Program-made: the position numbers and the translations under genes | DNA from: Spirochaetia bacterium | GTDB lineage: Bacteria; Spirochaetota; Spirochaetia; SZUA-6; Bin103 | DNA: 64,000 bases | Direction: 5' to 3' | NCBI GenBank assembly: GCA_965203905.1 | Contig: CBDBDQ010000005.1 | Location: 5,376,001 to 5,440,000 of the forward strand | Shown: positions 9,133 to 19,739 of the stretch, piece after piece | Layout of the letters: the number at the start of each line of letters is the position of its first letter | Position numbering within the stretch: position 1 is the stretch's first letter | Notes under the pieces: generated by a model | What the model saw: the letters and a program-made list of their open reading frames with translations, nothing else | What the model was told of the DNA's origin: nothing | Databases searched by the model: none

Positions 9133-9384
9133 ATGTCGACGCCAACCACCCGACTGCCGGACGATACCCATGGGCGACTGAAGGAGATTGCCCGGCAACG
9201 GGGAATGAGTATGAACAAGCTCATCGAGGAATTCTCCACCGTGGCAATCGCGCACTACGACGCCGAGACGCGTTTTCGGGCTATGGCCGCCAGGGGGTCG
9301 GTAGACGAGGGGCTCCGTATCATGGACAAGCTCGATGCAGCGTTTACCGGCTCCACGGACTCCGAGCGCGGACAACGCCAGTAA
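9133..9384 (+). CDS. Ribbon-helix-helix (CopG/HicB-like) antitoxin-type protein
   Basis: RLPDDTHGRLKEIARQRGMSMNKLIEE; strong AGGAGG SD; no adjacent toxin. Confidence 0.75.
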   Translation: MSTPTTRLPDDTHGRLKEIARQRGMSMNKLIEEFSTVAIAHYDAETRFRAMAARGSVDEGLRIMDKLDAAFTGSTDSERGQRQ

Positions 9385-9405
9385 CAGGCTACGAAATACT
9401 CCGTG

Positions 9406-11392
9406 ATGGCAGCGAGCAACGACGACCTGAACTGGATCGCGAACTATATATGGGGCATCGCCGACGATGTGCTGCGCGACCTCTACGTGCGCGGCAAGTA
9501 CCGGGACGTGATCCTGCCGATGACCGTGCTGCGCCGCCTCGACGCGGTGCTGGAGGGCAGCAAGCAGGCGGTCCTCGACATGAAGTCATCGCTCGACGGC
9601 GCCGGAGTGGTGGAGCAGGATCCGGCCCTGCGCCAAGCGGCCGGGCAGGCGTTCTACAACACCTCCCGCTTCACCCTGAGGGATCTACGCACACGCGCCA
9701 ACCGGCAGCAGCTCACCGCCGATTTCACGGCGTACCTCGACGGGTTCTCGCCCAACGTGCAGGACATCCTCGACAACTTCGAGTTCCGCAACCAGATTCC
9801 GCGGTTGTCTCGCGCCGACGCCCTAGGCACGCTGATCGAGAAGCTCACCTCGCCTGACATCAACCTGAGCCCAGATCCAGTGCGCCACGCCGACGGCTCG
9901 GTAACGCACGCCGGGCTCGACAACCACGGCATGGGCACGATCTTCGAGGAGCTGGTGCGCCGCTTCAACGAGGAGAACAACGAGGAGGCGGGCGAGCACT
10001 GGACGCCGCGCGACGCGGTCCGGCTGATGGCCAAGCTGGTCTTCCAGCCCATCGCCGACCAGATCACCTCCGGCACCTACCTGCTCTACGATGGAGCCTG
10101 CGGCACGGGCGGCATGCTGACGGTGGCAGAGGAGACGCTACAGGAACTCGCCGCCGAGCACGGTAAGGAGGTCGCCACTCACCTGTACGGGCAGGAGATC
10201 AACGCCGAGACCTTCGCCATCTGCAAGGCCGACCTGCTCCTGAAGGGGGAGGGCGAGGCAGCCGACAACATCGTGGGCGGCCCCGAGCACTCCACCCTGT
10301 CCAACGACGCCAACCCGGGCCGCGAGTTCGACTTCATGCTCTCCAATCCGCCCTATGGCAAGAGCTGGAAGACCGACCTGGAGCGCATGGGTGGTAAGCG
10401 CGACATGCGCGACCCCCGCTTCGTGATCGAGCACGCCGGCGATCCCGAGTACTCCCTGGTGAGCCGCTCCAGCGACGGTCAGATGCTGTTCCTGGCCAAC
10501 AAGCTCTCCAATGAAGCAGAGCACCGCGCTCGGCAGCCGCATCGCCGAGGTGCACAACGGCAGCTCGCTGTTTACCGGCGACGCCGGCCAGGGCGAGAGC
10601 AACATCCGCCGCTGGATCATCGAGAACGACTGGCTGGAGGCGATCGTCGCCCTGCCGCTCAACATGTTCTATAACACCGGCATCGCCACCTACGTGTGGG
10701 TGCTCACCAACCGCAAGCCCGAGCACCGCCGGGGCAAGGTGCAGCTCATCGACGCCACTGGCTGGCACCGGCCGCTGCGCAAGAACCTGGGCAAGAAGAA
10801 CTGCGAGCTCGGCGAGAAGGACATCGCCCGCATCTGCGACACCTTCCTCACCTTCGAGGAGACCGAGCAGAGCAAGATCTTTGATAACGACGCCTTCGGC
10901 TACTGGAAGGTGACGGTCGAGCGGCCCCTTCGGATTGCGGGAGCCGACCCCAACCGTGTCTACAAGGCCGCCGAGATAAAAAAACTGAAGGAGAGTGGCG
11001 AGCGCAGCGACGCCGCGCCGCCCGTGATCAGGAAGATCCATAGGCGAGGCACCGACGCCGATCCCCTGCGCGGGAAGTTCGCGGCCACCATCAACGGCAG
11101 ACCAGCCGTCGTGGAGTACGAGCCCGACACCGACCTTCGCGACACCGAGCAGATCCCGCTCCAAGAGGTCGGCGGCATCGAAGCCTTCCTGCACCGCGAA
11201 GTCCTGCCCTACGCGACAGACGCATGGTACCAGCCCGACCGCGTGCGGATCGGCCACGAAATTAACTTCGCTCGCTACTTCTACAAACCTAAACCGATGC
11301 GTACCCTGGAAGAAATCCGTACCGACATCCTGGCACTGGAAAATGAGACGAGTGGGTTGCTTGTTGAGATTCTGGGGGAGGTAAGTCGATGA
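9406..11392 (+). CDS. hsdM: Type I R-M methyltransferase subunit M (frameshift near 10510)
   Basis: IWGIADDVLR, GEHWTPRD, YDGACGTGG (motif I), SNPPY (motif IV); split over ORFs 9403-10674 and 10511-11392. Confidence 0.92.
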
Positions 11393-12828
11393 TTTCGAAT
11401 CTCAGGCCGTACCCTTCGTACAAGGCCACCAGAGTAGGGTGGTTAAAACGTATTCCTGAACATTGGGGCATGCGCCGGTTGAAGTCGGTCTGCCTGCAAG
11501 CCGCGCTCTATGGTGCCAACGTGAGTGCGGGGTCCTATTCCGATAAGGGGGTACGCTTTCTTCGAACGACGGACATAACCGACGACGGGGACCTAAACGC
11601 AAGTGGTGTATACTTGCCGGAGAACTTGGTTCGAGACTATCTTCTGGCCGACGGCGACCTGCTGATCTCACGTAGTGGCACTGTTGGACGTTCCTTCCTG
11701 TTCGATACGAAAAGACATGGTCGGTGCGCATACGCAGGTTACTTAGTAAGATTCGTGCCTAGTCGCGAGGTAGTACCCGAGTATCTTTTTTGGTTCACTA
11801 AGACGCAAGCATTCTATGAGTTTCTTCGGGTAGTGGCTATTTCGTCAACAATAGAGAATGTTAACGGTGAGAAGTATTCAAACGCACCCTTGCCACTTCC
11901 GCTTCTCACAGAACAGCACAGGATCGTCCGGTTCCTGGACCACGCCGATCGCCGCATCCAACGCTACATCCGTGCCAAGCGGAGACTGATTGCTCTACTG
12001 GAGGAGCAGAAGCAGGCCCTCATTCATGAGGCCGTCACGGGGCGAATCGACGTGCGGACTGGGCGACCGTATCCGGCCTACAAAGAATCCGGTGTTGAGT
12101 GGTTGGGGACAGTGCCCGCCCACTGGGAGATTTGGCGTAGCAAGCGTGCGTTCAGGCCACGCACAGAACTTGCCCGCCCTGGTGATACTCAACTGTCGGC
12201 TACTCAAGCCTACGGTGTGATCGCGCAGGCGGATTACGAGGATAAGATTGGGCGAAAGATCACGAGGATCCTGCGGCATCTGGACCAGCGCAGGCACGTT
12301 GAGATCGACGACTTCGTAATCAGCATGCGCAGTTTTCAAGGCGGTCTCGAACGCGCCTGGACGAGCGGCTGTATTCGATCCTCTTACATTGTTCTGCACG
12401 CCGCTACTGAGCTGATTGTGGGGTATTTCGCGTACCTGTTCAAATCGTTCGGCTACATCGGAGCGCTCCAGTCAACGGCGAATTTCATTCGGGACGGACA
12501 GGATTTGAACTTTGAGAACTTCTGTCGGGTTGATGTGCCGTTCCCACCCTTAGATGAGCAACAGCACATTGCGCAGGCCGTTGATCGTGGGACCGATCAC
12601 ATTGCGACGAGCATAGAGCGGTCGCGTCGCCAGATCGGTTCATTGTGCGAATACCGTGCGCGCTTGGTTGCGGATGTCGTCACAGGAAAGCTCGACGTGC
12701 GGAAGGCGGAGGCTGATCTGTTCGAGACGGTTTCGCTTGGCGCCGAAGACGATCGGGATGTCGGCATCGATCACGATAAGGACCGGTTGGAGGCGACGAC
12801 ACAGGGAGTAGATGACGGAAGGAGGTGA
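11389..12828 (+). CDS. hsdS: Type I R-M specificity subunit S
   Basis: Two TRDs with repeated conserved blocks (PYPSYK..VGWL..IPEHW / PYPAYKESGVEWLG.VPAHW; PLLTEQ / PPLDEQ; VTGRIDV / VTGKLDV); lower GC. Confidence 0.93.
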   Translation: MISNLRPYPSYKATRVGWLKRIPEHWGMRRLKSVCLQAALYGANVSAGSYSDKGVRFLRTTDITDDGDLNASGVYLPENLVRDYLLADGDLLISRSGTVGRSFLFDTKRHGRCAYAGYLVRFVPSREVVPEYLFWFTKTQAFYEFLRVVAISSTIENVNGEKYSNAPLPLPLLTEQHRIVRFLDHADRRIQRYIRAKRRLIALLEEQKQALIHEAVTGRIDVRTGRPYPAYKESGVEWLGTVPAHWEIWRSKRAFRPRTELARPGDTQLSATQAYGVIAQADYEDKIGRKITRILRHLDQRRHVEIDDFVISMRSFQGGLERAWTSGCIRSSYIVLHAATELIVGYFAYLFKSFGYIGALQSTANFIRDGQDLNFENFCRVDVPFPPLDEQQHIAQAVDRGTDHIATSIERSRRQIGSLCEYRARLVADVVTGKLDVRKAEADLFETVSLGAEDDRDVGIDHDKDRLEATTQGVDDGRR

Positions 12829-12832
12829 GCAC

Positions 12833-13057
12833 ATGGACTGGGAGAACTGCCCGGTAGTGGAACGCAAGCCAGGCAAGATCAGCGGCGCTTGGGCGTTCAC
12901 TGGAACACGCGTACCAGTATACGCTCTGTTTGAGAATCTCGCCGGCGGCGCCACGATCGATGAGTTCGTAGAGTGGTTTCCGGGCGTAGATAAGAACCAG
13001 GTGCGTGAGGTACTGGAATATCAAGCACGGGCGCTGAGAAAGGCCCTTGCCCATTGA
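12833..13057 (+). CDS. DUF433-family antitoxin (VapB45-like)
   Basis: PGKISGAWAFTGTRVPV..LFENL..GATIDEF..WFP. Confidence 0.85.
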   Translation: MDWENCPVVERKPGKISGAWAFTGTRVPVYALFENLAGGATIDEFVEWFPGVDKNQVREVLEYQARALRKALAH

Positions 13058-13379
13058 AGTTACTGTTCGATCAGGGTACGCCTGCTCCGTTGCGGGAACG
13101 CCTTCCGGCGCATTCGGTGGATACGTTGGCCGAGAAGGGCTGGTCGGACAAGGACAACGGCGAGTTGCTCGATGTGGCGCAACGAGAGGGGTACGAAGTT
13201 CTCGTGACAACGGATCAGAGTCTTCCCTACCAGCAGAATCTGACGGGGAGGCGAATCGGCATTGTCATTCTGCTTTCCACAGATTGGCGCGAGGTTCGCC
13301 TTCGCACAGGGAAATCGGCGAAGCGATCTCGGCTGTGGGTACCGGAGAGGTAATTGAAGTGCCCATTCGGGTGAAATGA
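13054..13379 (+). CDS. DUF5615 PIN-like toxin (VapC45-like); frameshift near 13310
   Basis: MKLLFDQGTP...GW...NGELL..A....EVLVTTDQSLPYQQNL; the C-terminus (EVIEVPI) lies in another frame. Confidence 0.82.
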
Positions 13380-13380
13380 T

Positions 13381-16300
13381 ATGGCTGTGGACACCACGGA
13401 ACGTGGCCTGGAGCGGCTGATCTGCACGGCGCTGGCGGGACACCCGTGCGATCCGTCGGCCGAGGGCGCCGTGGCCGAATCTCCGGCGGGCTACGGCGGG
13501 GTGGGGTGGAGTGGCGGCAGCTTCCACGACTACGACCGCGAGTACTGTGTCGACTTGGTACAGTTCGCGGCGTTCCTGCGGGATACGCAGCCGGACGCCG
13601 CCGACGCATTGGTGCTGTCCGAGGACGGTCCGACGCGGCGCGCGTTCCTGACTCGGTTGCAGGGGGAGATTGCCAAGCGCGGCACCATCGACGTGCTACG
13701 CAACGGGATCAGACACCGGGCGCTGCACCTGGATCTGTTCTACGGGACGCCCTCGGAGCACAACGCCGAGGCGCAGGAACGGTTCGCGCGGAACCGGTTC
13801 ACGGTTACCCGGCAGCTTCGTTACAGCCGGGACGAGGCGCAGCGGTCGCTGGACATTGGGTTGTTCATCAATGGGCTGCCGGTGTTCACGTTCGAGCTGA
13901 AGAACAGCCTCACCAAGCAGACGGCGGACGACGCGGTGGTGCAGTACCAGCAGGATCGCAACCCGCGCGAGAAGCTGTTCGAGTTCGGTCGCTGCATCGC
14001 GCACTTCGCGGTGGACGAGCGTGAGGTGCAGTTCTGCACCCATCTCAAGGGCAAGGGGTCGTGGTTCCTGCCGTTCAACCGCGGCTGGAACGACGGCGCG
14101 GGCAACCCGCCGAACCCTCACGGGCTGGCGATCGACTACCTGTGGCGCGAGGTGCTGCCACGGGAGAGTCTGACCAACATCCTGGAGAACTACGCCCAGG
14201 TGGTGGAGGAGAAGGACGACAAGACCGGCAGGAAGCGGCGGGCGCAGGTGTGGCCGCGCTATCACCAGCTCGACGTGGTGCGCCGCCTGCTGGCCGACGC
14301 CGAAGCCCACGGGGTAGGCCGGCCGTACCTGATCCAGCACTCGGCGGGCAGCGGCAAGAGCAACTCCATCGCCTGGCTGGCGCATCAACTCATCGGGCTG
14401 ACCAGGGACGATGCGCCGGTGTTCGACTCGATCATCGTGGTGACCGACCGGCGCATCCTCGACCGGCAGATCCGCGACACGATCCGGCAGTATGCCCAGG
14501 TGTCGGCGACGGTCGGGCACGCCGACCGGTCGGGCGACCTGCGGCGGTTCATCGAGAGCGGCAAGAAGATCATCATCTCCACGGTCCAGAAGTTCCCGTT
14601 CATCCTCGACGAGATCGGCAACGAGCAGCGCGGGCGCAGCTTCGCCATCATCATCGACGAGGCCCACTCCAGCCAGGGCGGACGTACCAGCGCGGCGATG
14701 GCGCAGGCGCTGTCGGTGGCCGGCGAGGTGGACGAGGAGGAAACCTACGAGGACCAGATCAACCGCCTGATGGAGTCGCGCAAGCTGCTGCCCAACGCCA
14801 GCTACTTCGCGTTCACGGCCACGCCCAAGAACAAGACGCTGGAGATCTTCGGCACTCCGGATCCGCAGCCGGACGGCACGGTCAGGCATCACGCGTTTCA
14901 CAGCTACACCATGAAGCAGGCGATCCAGGAGGGGTTCATCCTCGACGTGCTCGCCCGCTACACGCCGGTGGCCAGCTACTACCGGCTGGCCAAGACGGTG
15001 GAGGACGATCCGGAGTTCGACGTCAAGAAGGCGCAGAGGAAGCTGCGGCGCTTCGTGGAGGGCAGCGATCACGCTATCCGGCTCAAGGCCGAGATCATGG
15101 TCGATCACTTCCACGACCAGGTGCTGGCGCAGGGCAAGATCGGCGGCGCGGCGCGGGCGATGGTGGTGACCAACGGCATCGAGCGTGCGATCCAGTACTA
15201 CCACGCCATCAGCGACTACCTGGCCGAGCGCAAGAGCCGCTACCAGGCCCTGGTCGCCTTCTCCGGCGAGCACGAGTACGGCGGCGTGAAGCTGAGCGAG
15301 GCGTCGCTGAACGGTTTGCCGTCGGCGCAGATCGCCGACCGGTTCCAGGAAGATCCCTACCGCTTCCTGGGTGTGCGCGGACAAGTTCCAGACCGGCTAC
15401 GACGAGCCGCTGCTGCACACCATGTACGTGGACAAGACGCTGTCCGGCATCAAGGCCGTGCAGACCCTGTCGCGCCTCAACCGGGCGCACCCCAAGAAGC
15501 ACGACGTGTTCGTGCTCGACTTTCTGAACGACGCCGACACCATCCGCGAAGCGTTCGCGGACTTCTACCGGGCGACGATCCTGGCCGACGAGACCGACCC
15601 CAACAAGCTCCACGACCTGCAGGCCGACCTGGACGCTGCCCAGGTCTATTCCGAGGAGCAGGTAGAGGATCTGGCGCGGCGTTACCTTGGCGGTGCCGAG
15701 CGCGACCAGCTCGATCCGATCCTCGATGCCTGCGTGGCGGTGTATCTGCGCGATCTGGACGAGGACGGCCAGGTGGAGTTCAAGGGCAGTGCCAAGGCCT
15801 TCATCCGCACCTACGGCTTCCTCTCCGCGGTGCTGCCGTACAGCAACCCCGGCTGGGAGAAACGCTCGATATTCCTCAACCTCCTGGTGCCGAAGCTGCC
15901 GGCGCCCGAGGAGCCGGACCTCGCCAAGGGGATCCTGGACGCCATCGACCTGGACAGCTACCGGGTCGAGAAACAGGCGATGCAGAAGATCCTGCTACCC
16001 GACGAGGACGCCGAGATCGGCCCGGTACCCACGTCCGCCGCCGGCTCCCGCCCGGAGCCGGAGCTGGACCGGCTCTCCAGCATCCTGCGTACCTTCAACG
16101 AGAACTTCGGCGACATCCAGTGGGAGGACGGCGACCGCGTACGGCAGCTCATCATCGAGACCATCCCCGCCCGCGTCGCCGCCGACACCGCCTTCCGCAA
16201 CGCGCGCCAGAACTCCGACCGCCAGAACGCCCGCATCGAGCACGACAAGGCGCTGGTGCGCGTGATGACCGCCGTGATGCGCGACGACACGAGCTGTTCA

Positions 16301-16386
16301 AGCAGTTCATGGACAACGCCAGCTTCAAGCGCTGGCTCACCGACACCGTATTCTCACTCGCCTACGAGCCGGCAGGCACCCCCTGA
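13381..16386 (+). CDS. hsdR: Type I R-M restriction subunit R (frameshifts near 15370 and 16290)
   Basis: DIGLFINGLP..FELKN nuclease motif, QHSAGSGKS, IIDEAH, FTATP, KFQTGYDEP, QTLSRLNR. Confidence 0.92.
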   Translation: MAVDTTERGLERLICTALAGHPCDPSAEGAVAESPAGYGGVGWSGGSFHDYDREYCVDLVQFAAFLRDTQPDAADALVLSEDGPTRRAFLTRLQGEIAKRGTIDVLRNGIRHRALHLDLFYGTPSEHNAEAQERFARNRFTVTRQLRYSRDEAQRSLDIGLFINGLPVFTFELKNSLTKQTADDAVVQYQQDRNPREKLFEFGRCIAHFAVDEREVQFCTHLKGKGSWFLPFNRGWNDGAGNPPNPHGLAIDYLWREVLPRESLTNILENYAQVVEEKDDKTGRKRRAQVWPRYHQLDVVRRLLADAEAHGVGRPYLIQHSAGSGKSNSIAWLAHQLIGLTRDDAPVFDSIIVVTDRRILDRQIRDTIRQYAQVSATVGHADRSGDLRRFIESGKKIIISTVQKFPFILDEIGNEQRGRSFAIIIDEAHSSQGGRTSAAMAQALSVAGEVDEEETYEDQINRLMESRKLLPNASYFAFTATPKNKTLEIFGTPDPQPDGTVRHHAFHSYTMKQAIQEGFILDVLARYTPVASYYRLAKTVEDDPEFDVKKAQRKLRRFVEGSDHAIRLKAEIMVDHFHDQVLAQGKIGGAARAMVVTNGIERAIQYYHAISDYLAERKSRYQALVAFSGEHEYGGVKLSEASLNGLPSAQIADRFQEDPYRFLGVRGQVPDRLRRAAAAHHVRGQDAVRHQGRADPVAPQPGAPQEARRVRARLSERRRHHPRSVRGLLPGDDPGRRDRPQQAPRPAGRPGRCPGLFRGAGRGSGAALPWRCRARPARSDPRCLRGGVSARSGRGRPGGVQGQCQGLHPHLRLPLRGAAVQQPRLGETLDIPQPPGAEAAGARGAGPRQGDPGRHRPGQLPGRETGDAEDPATRRGRRDRPGTHVRRRLPPGAGAGPALQHPAYLQRELRRHPVGGRRPRTAAHHRDHPRPRRRRHRLPQRAPELRPPERPHRARQGAGARDDRRDARRHELFKQFMDNASFKRWLTDTVFSLAYEPAGTP

Positions 16387-16416
16387 ACGAAGCGCTGCTT
16401 GGGATCCCCTGCTGTC

Positions 16417-16719
16417 TCAGCAGTCGGGACTGGCGACCGATGCGACTGGCACTTCCTGTTCGATCAACTGGCCTCGATAGCTGACCACCACGGAGACGTC
16501 GTAACTGCTTTGAAGGTTCATCCAGAATTCAGACCCGGTGCCGAAGTATCGCCCGAGGCGCAGGGCCGTCGCCGCCAAAACGGCACGGTCACCGCGCAGG
16601 ATTGCGGTAACGCGGTTTGCGGGCTCGCGGATTGCGAGGGCAAGCTGGTTGGCGCTCATGCCCCGTATCCGCAGTTCCTCTCTGAGCACTACACCGGGAT
16701 GCGTTCGTACTCTCGCCAT
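16417..16719 (-). CDS. higA: HigA-family antitoxin
   Basis: THPGVVLREEL..GMSANQLALAI..PANRVTAIL.G.RA...TALRLGRYFGT..EFWMNLQSSYD. Confidence 0.88.
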   Translation of the reverse strand: MARVRTHPGVVLREELRIRGMSANQLALAIREPANRVTAILRGDRAVLAATALRLGRYFGTGSEFWMNLQSSYDVSVVVSYRGQLIEQEVPVASVASPDC

Positions 16720-16739
16720 GTATCTTGCCTCTCCCGGGA

Positions 16740-16921
16740 TCGTCCCCTTTGTAGTCCTCGATCGCGACACCGTAGGCGTCACCGTCCGAGAACCGAATGG
16801 TGGGCCGCCAGCAGGAATTTATCGTCATCGCCCACACTCCTTGTCGCGAGCCGGACAGCACATGTAACCGCACCGCTTGCAGCTTGTGGAATGGCTCAAG
16901 CGATGGCGCAGCGTCAGGCAT
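16740..16921 (-). pseudogene. HigB-family toxin remnant
   Basis: RLHVLSGSRQGVWAMTINSCWR..IRFSDGDAYGVAIEDY; N-terminus missing and stop codon lost. Confidence 0.72.
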
Positions 16922-17029
16922 AGTACCTCAAGTGTCCGACGGTGCGGCCGGTGCGGCCCGGCGCGGCACGCAGCGTCTCGAGCTTCCCTCGCTCATGCAT
17001 GCACGAGCGCGAGAAGACGGCATCCTCTG

Positions 17030-17140
17030 TCGGGTTCTCATTGTGGACGCTCAGGTACTCATCTATCGCCTGTTTCAGCTCATCAGTGCTTCGGAACGTG
17101 CCACGCCGGATCTTCCGTTCGGTAATCGCCGCTCGCTCGA
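17030..17140 (-). pseudogene. IS630-family transposase C-terminal remnant
   Basis: ITERKIRRGTFRSTDELKQAIDEYLSVHNENP. Confidence 0.65.
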
Positions 17141-17337
17141 GCGGATGCGGCGCGGGCAACCCGCCCAACTCGGACCGGCTGGCTGTCCTTTGGCAGCAAA
17201 GTACGGTACCGTGTGGCCGTGGCCAAGCCCGACTACGTCGAGACTTCGATCCCCAGCTTCTACGTGGAAGGGCACACGCCGCTCTGTTCGAGACTCTCGC
17301 CGCCGGCGCCAAGATCGACGAGTTCGGGGTGGTTCCC

Positions 17338-17504
17338 GTGGTAGACAAGCAAGACGTGCGAGGGGTGTGATCTCGATGCCGCATGTCGAACCATTTGAAG
17401 CCGAAGACGATCAAGATGTCACGCTTTGCCGGGACGCTGGGTCGGAGACGATCGATGCCGAGGAATCGGCTGACGAGTACATCGACGAGGAGGTGACCGT
17501 ATGA
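17338..17504 (+). pseudogene. Remnant of an hsdS 3' end
   Basis: VVDKQDVR...AEDDQDV parallels VVTGKLDVR...AEDDRDV at the hsdS end (12677-12762); same position upstream of DUF433. Confidence 0.55.
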
Positions 17505-17740
17505 CGGACTGGAGCAAGTGCGCCGCGGTGGAAAGCGTGCCCGGCAGACTTAGCGGGGCCTGGGTATTCACCAGGACCAGAGTGCCGGTATCCGCACTGT
17601 TCGGCAATCTCGCGGCGGGAGCCACGGTGAAGGACTTTCTCGAGTGGTTCCCGGGGGTGGAGGAATGGCAGGTTAAGGCGGTGTTGGAACACGAGGTCAA
17701 GAGCCTGGACGCTAGAGTGAGCATTGAAAATCCTGTTTGA
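17501..17740 (+). CDS. DUF433-family antitoxin, second copy
   Basis: PGRLSGAWVFTRTRVPV..LFGNL..GATVKDFLEWFPGV. Confidence 0.85.
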   Translation: MTDWSKCAAVESVPGRLSGAWVFTRTRVPVSALFGNLAAGATVKDFLEWFPGVEEWQVKAVLEHEVKSLDARVSIENPV

Positions 17741-18041
17741 CCACGCGACACCTGCACCACTCCGCGCCCATATTCCAGAACATACCGTTGACACAGCCGC
17801 CGAGAGAGGTTGGGCGGAATTGAGCAACGGTGAGCTTCTGGACCGAGCTGAGAGCGAAGAATACGAGCTATTGATCACCACCGACCAGAGTGTGAGGTAT
17901 CAGCAAAACCTTAGCCGCAGGCAAATGGCGATTATCGTACTGCGTTCCAACAGATGGCCCGATGTCCTACTGCGAGTAGGCGACATCCGGGCCGCCTTGG
18001 AGCGGATACAGCCGGGAGAACTCCGGGAGGTCGAGATATAG
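17724..18041 (+). CDS. DUF5615 PIN-like toxin, second copy (intact)
   Basis: MKILFDHATPAPLR...GW..LSNGELLD.A....LLITTDQSVRYQQNL. Confidence 0.85.
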   Translation: MKILFDHATPAPLRAHIPEHTVDTAAERGWAELSNGELLDRAESEEYELLITTDQSVRYQQNLSRRQMAIIVLRSNRWPDVLLRVGDIRAALERIQPGELREVEI

Positions 18042-18042
18042 C

Positions 18043-18579
18043 ATGACCACCGACACCACGGAGCTCGGGCTGGAGCGGCTGATCTGCGCGGGATTGGCTG
18101 GGCATCCGTGCGATCCTCCTACCGAGGACACCGTGGCCGATCCGCCGGCTGGCTACGGTGGCGTGGGCTGGAGCGGCGGGAGTTTCCATGACTACGACCG
18201 CGAGTACTGCGTCGATCAGGTGCAACTCGGCGCGTTCCTGCGTGTTACCCAGCCCAAGGCTGCGGAGGAGCTGGCACTGTGGCAGGACGGTCCTACACGG
18301 CGAGCGTTCCTGACGCGACTGCAGGGCGAGGTGAGCAGGCGCGGTACGATCGATGTGCTGCGCAACGGAGTAAAACACCGAGCGCGGCACGTCGAGCTGG
18401 TCTACGGGACGCCGTCGGAGCGCAACGCCGAGGCGCAGGTACGGTTCGAGCAGAACCGGTTCACGGTTGCCCGGAAGCTTCGCTACAGCCGGGACGAGGC
18501 GCAACGGTCGCTGGACATTGGGTTGTTCATCAATGGGCTGCCGGTGTTCACGTTGGAGTTGAAGAACAGCCTCACCAAG
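18043..18579 (+). pseudogene. hsdR 5' fragment, second copy
   Basis: Closely parallels 13381-13917 up to ELKNSLTK, then joins higA-region DNA. Confidence 0.88.
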
Positions 18580-18986
18580 GTTCATCCAGAATTCGGGCCC
18601 GGTGCCGAAGTATCGCCCGAGACGCAGGGCTTTCTCCGCCGAAACGGCACGGTCACTGCGCAGGATTGCGGTAACGCGGTTGCGGGCACGCGGATTGCGA
18701 GGGCAAGCTGATTGGCGCTCATGCCCCGTATCCGTAGCTCCTCTCTGAGCACTACACCGGGATGCGTTCGTACTCTCGCCATGTGTCTGCCTCCCCCGGG
18801 ATCATCCCCTGTGGTAGTCCTCGATCGCGACACCGTAGGCGTCACCGTCCGAGAACCGAATGGTGGGCCGCCAGCAGGCTTTTTTGTCGTCATCGCCCAC
18901 ACTCCTTGTCGCGAGCCGGACAGCGCATGTAACCGCACCGCTTGCAGCTTGTGGAATGGCTCAAGCGATGGCGCAGCGTCAGGCAT
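18580..18986 (-). pseudogene. Second copy of the higB remnant and a 3'-truncated higA
   Basis: Near-identical to 16516-16921 with indels; higA ATG at 18782. Confidence 0.85.
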
Positions 18987-19112
18987 AGTACCTCAAGTGT
19001 CCTGCGGCGCGGTCGCGGCACTGGGCGGCGCGCCGTCCCGAACTTCACTCCTCATGCACGAGCGCGAGAAAACGGCATCCTATGTCGGATGCTCCTGTCG
19101 AGCGTTGTCCGT

Positions 19113-19735
19113 TCATCTCCAGCCGGCAACGTAGGGGCCGGCGTGCTCGGCGCCATCGCGAAGGTGGGTGACGACGGAAGTTTCGGCAGCGCGGCCGATG
19201 CGGTAGATCACGTCGTGCGGCTGGTACACGTCGTTCAGTTGCGCCTCCAGACCGGCCAGCACGGCCGAACACGGTTGATCCCGGCGTGTGCCACGATCAG
19301 GGTAGTGCGTTCATCCAGCCGTCCTGTCATCGATCGTGCCCGCTCCAGGATTTCTGTGAGCGACTCGCCACCCGTGTACCGGTAGCTGAGGCGGTCCTTG
19401 CCACGCTTCCGCCGCGCGCGCGCACCCGGATAGCGCTCGTCCACCTCCTGCCGGGTCAGGCCTTCCCACCGCCCGATGGAGATTTCGGCGAGCTCTGCGT
19501 CGACCTCGACCGGGAGGCCCACCGCGTCGGCCACCACCCGCGCCGTGTGCTGCGCTCTCCCGAGCGGGCTGCACAGTAGCCGCTGGACTCCGCGCCCACG
19601 CATTGTCTCGGCGGTCTGTCGCGCCTGTACCCGTCCGAGCGCGGTCAGCGGCGAATCGAGGCTGCCCTGGTAGCGGCCCTGGGCGTTCCACTCCGTCTGC
19701 CCGTGCCGGGCCAGAAACAGCGGACCGGTCACCAC
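19113..19735 (-). CDS. Histidine phosphatase family protein (frameshift near 19268)
   Basis: LARHGQTEWN..GRYQG..DSPLT..G, SPLGRA..TA, EISIG.WEG, GGES, IVAHAG. Confidence 0.8.
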
Positions 19736-19739
19736 CCGT

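Noticed and set aside
11389-12828. hsdS shufflon / invertible TRD system
   Set aside because: No inverted silent hsdS copies or intact recombinase; only a short direct-orientation hsdS 3' remnant at 17338.
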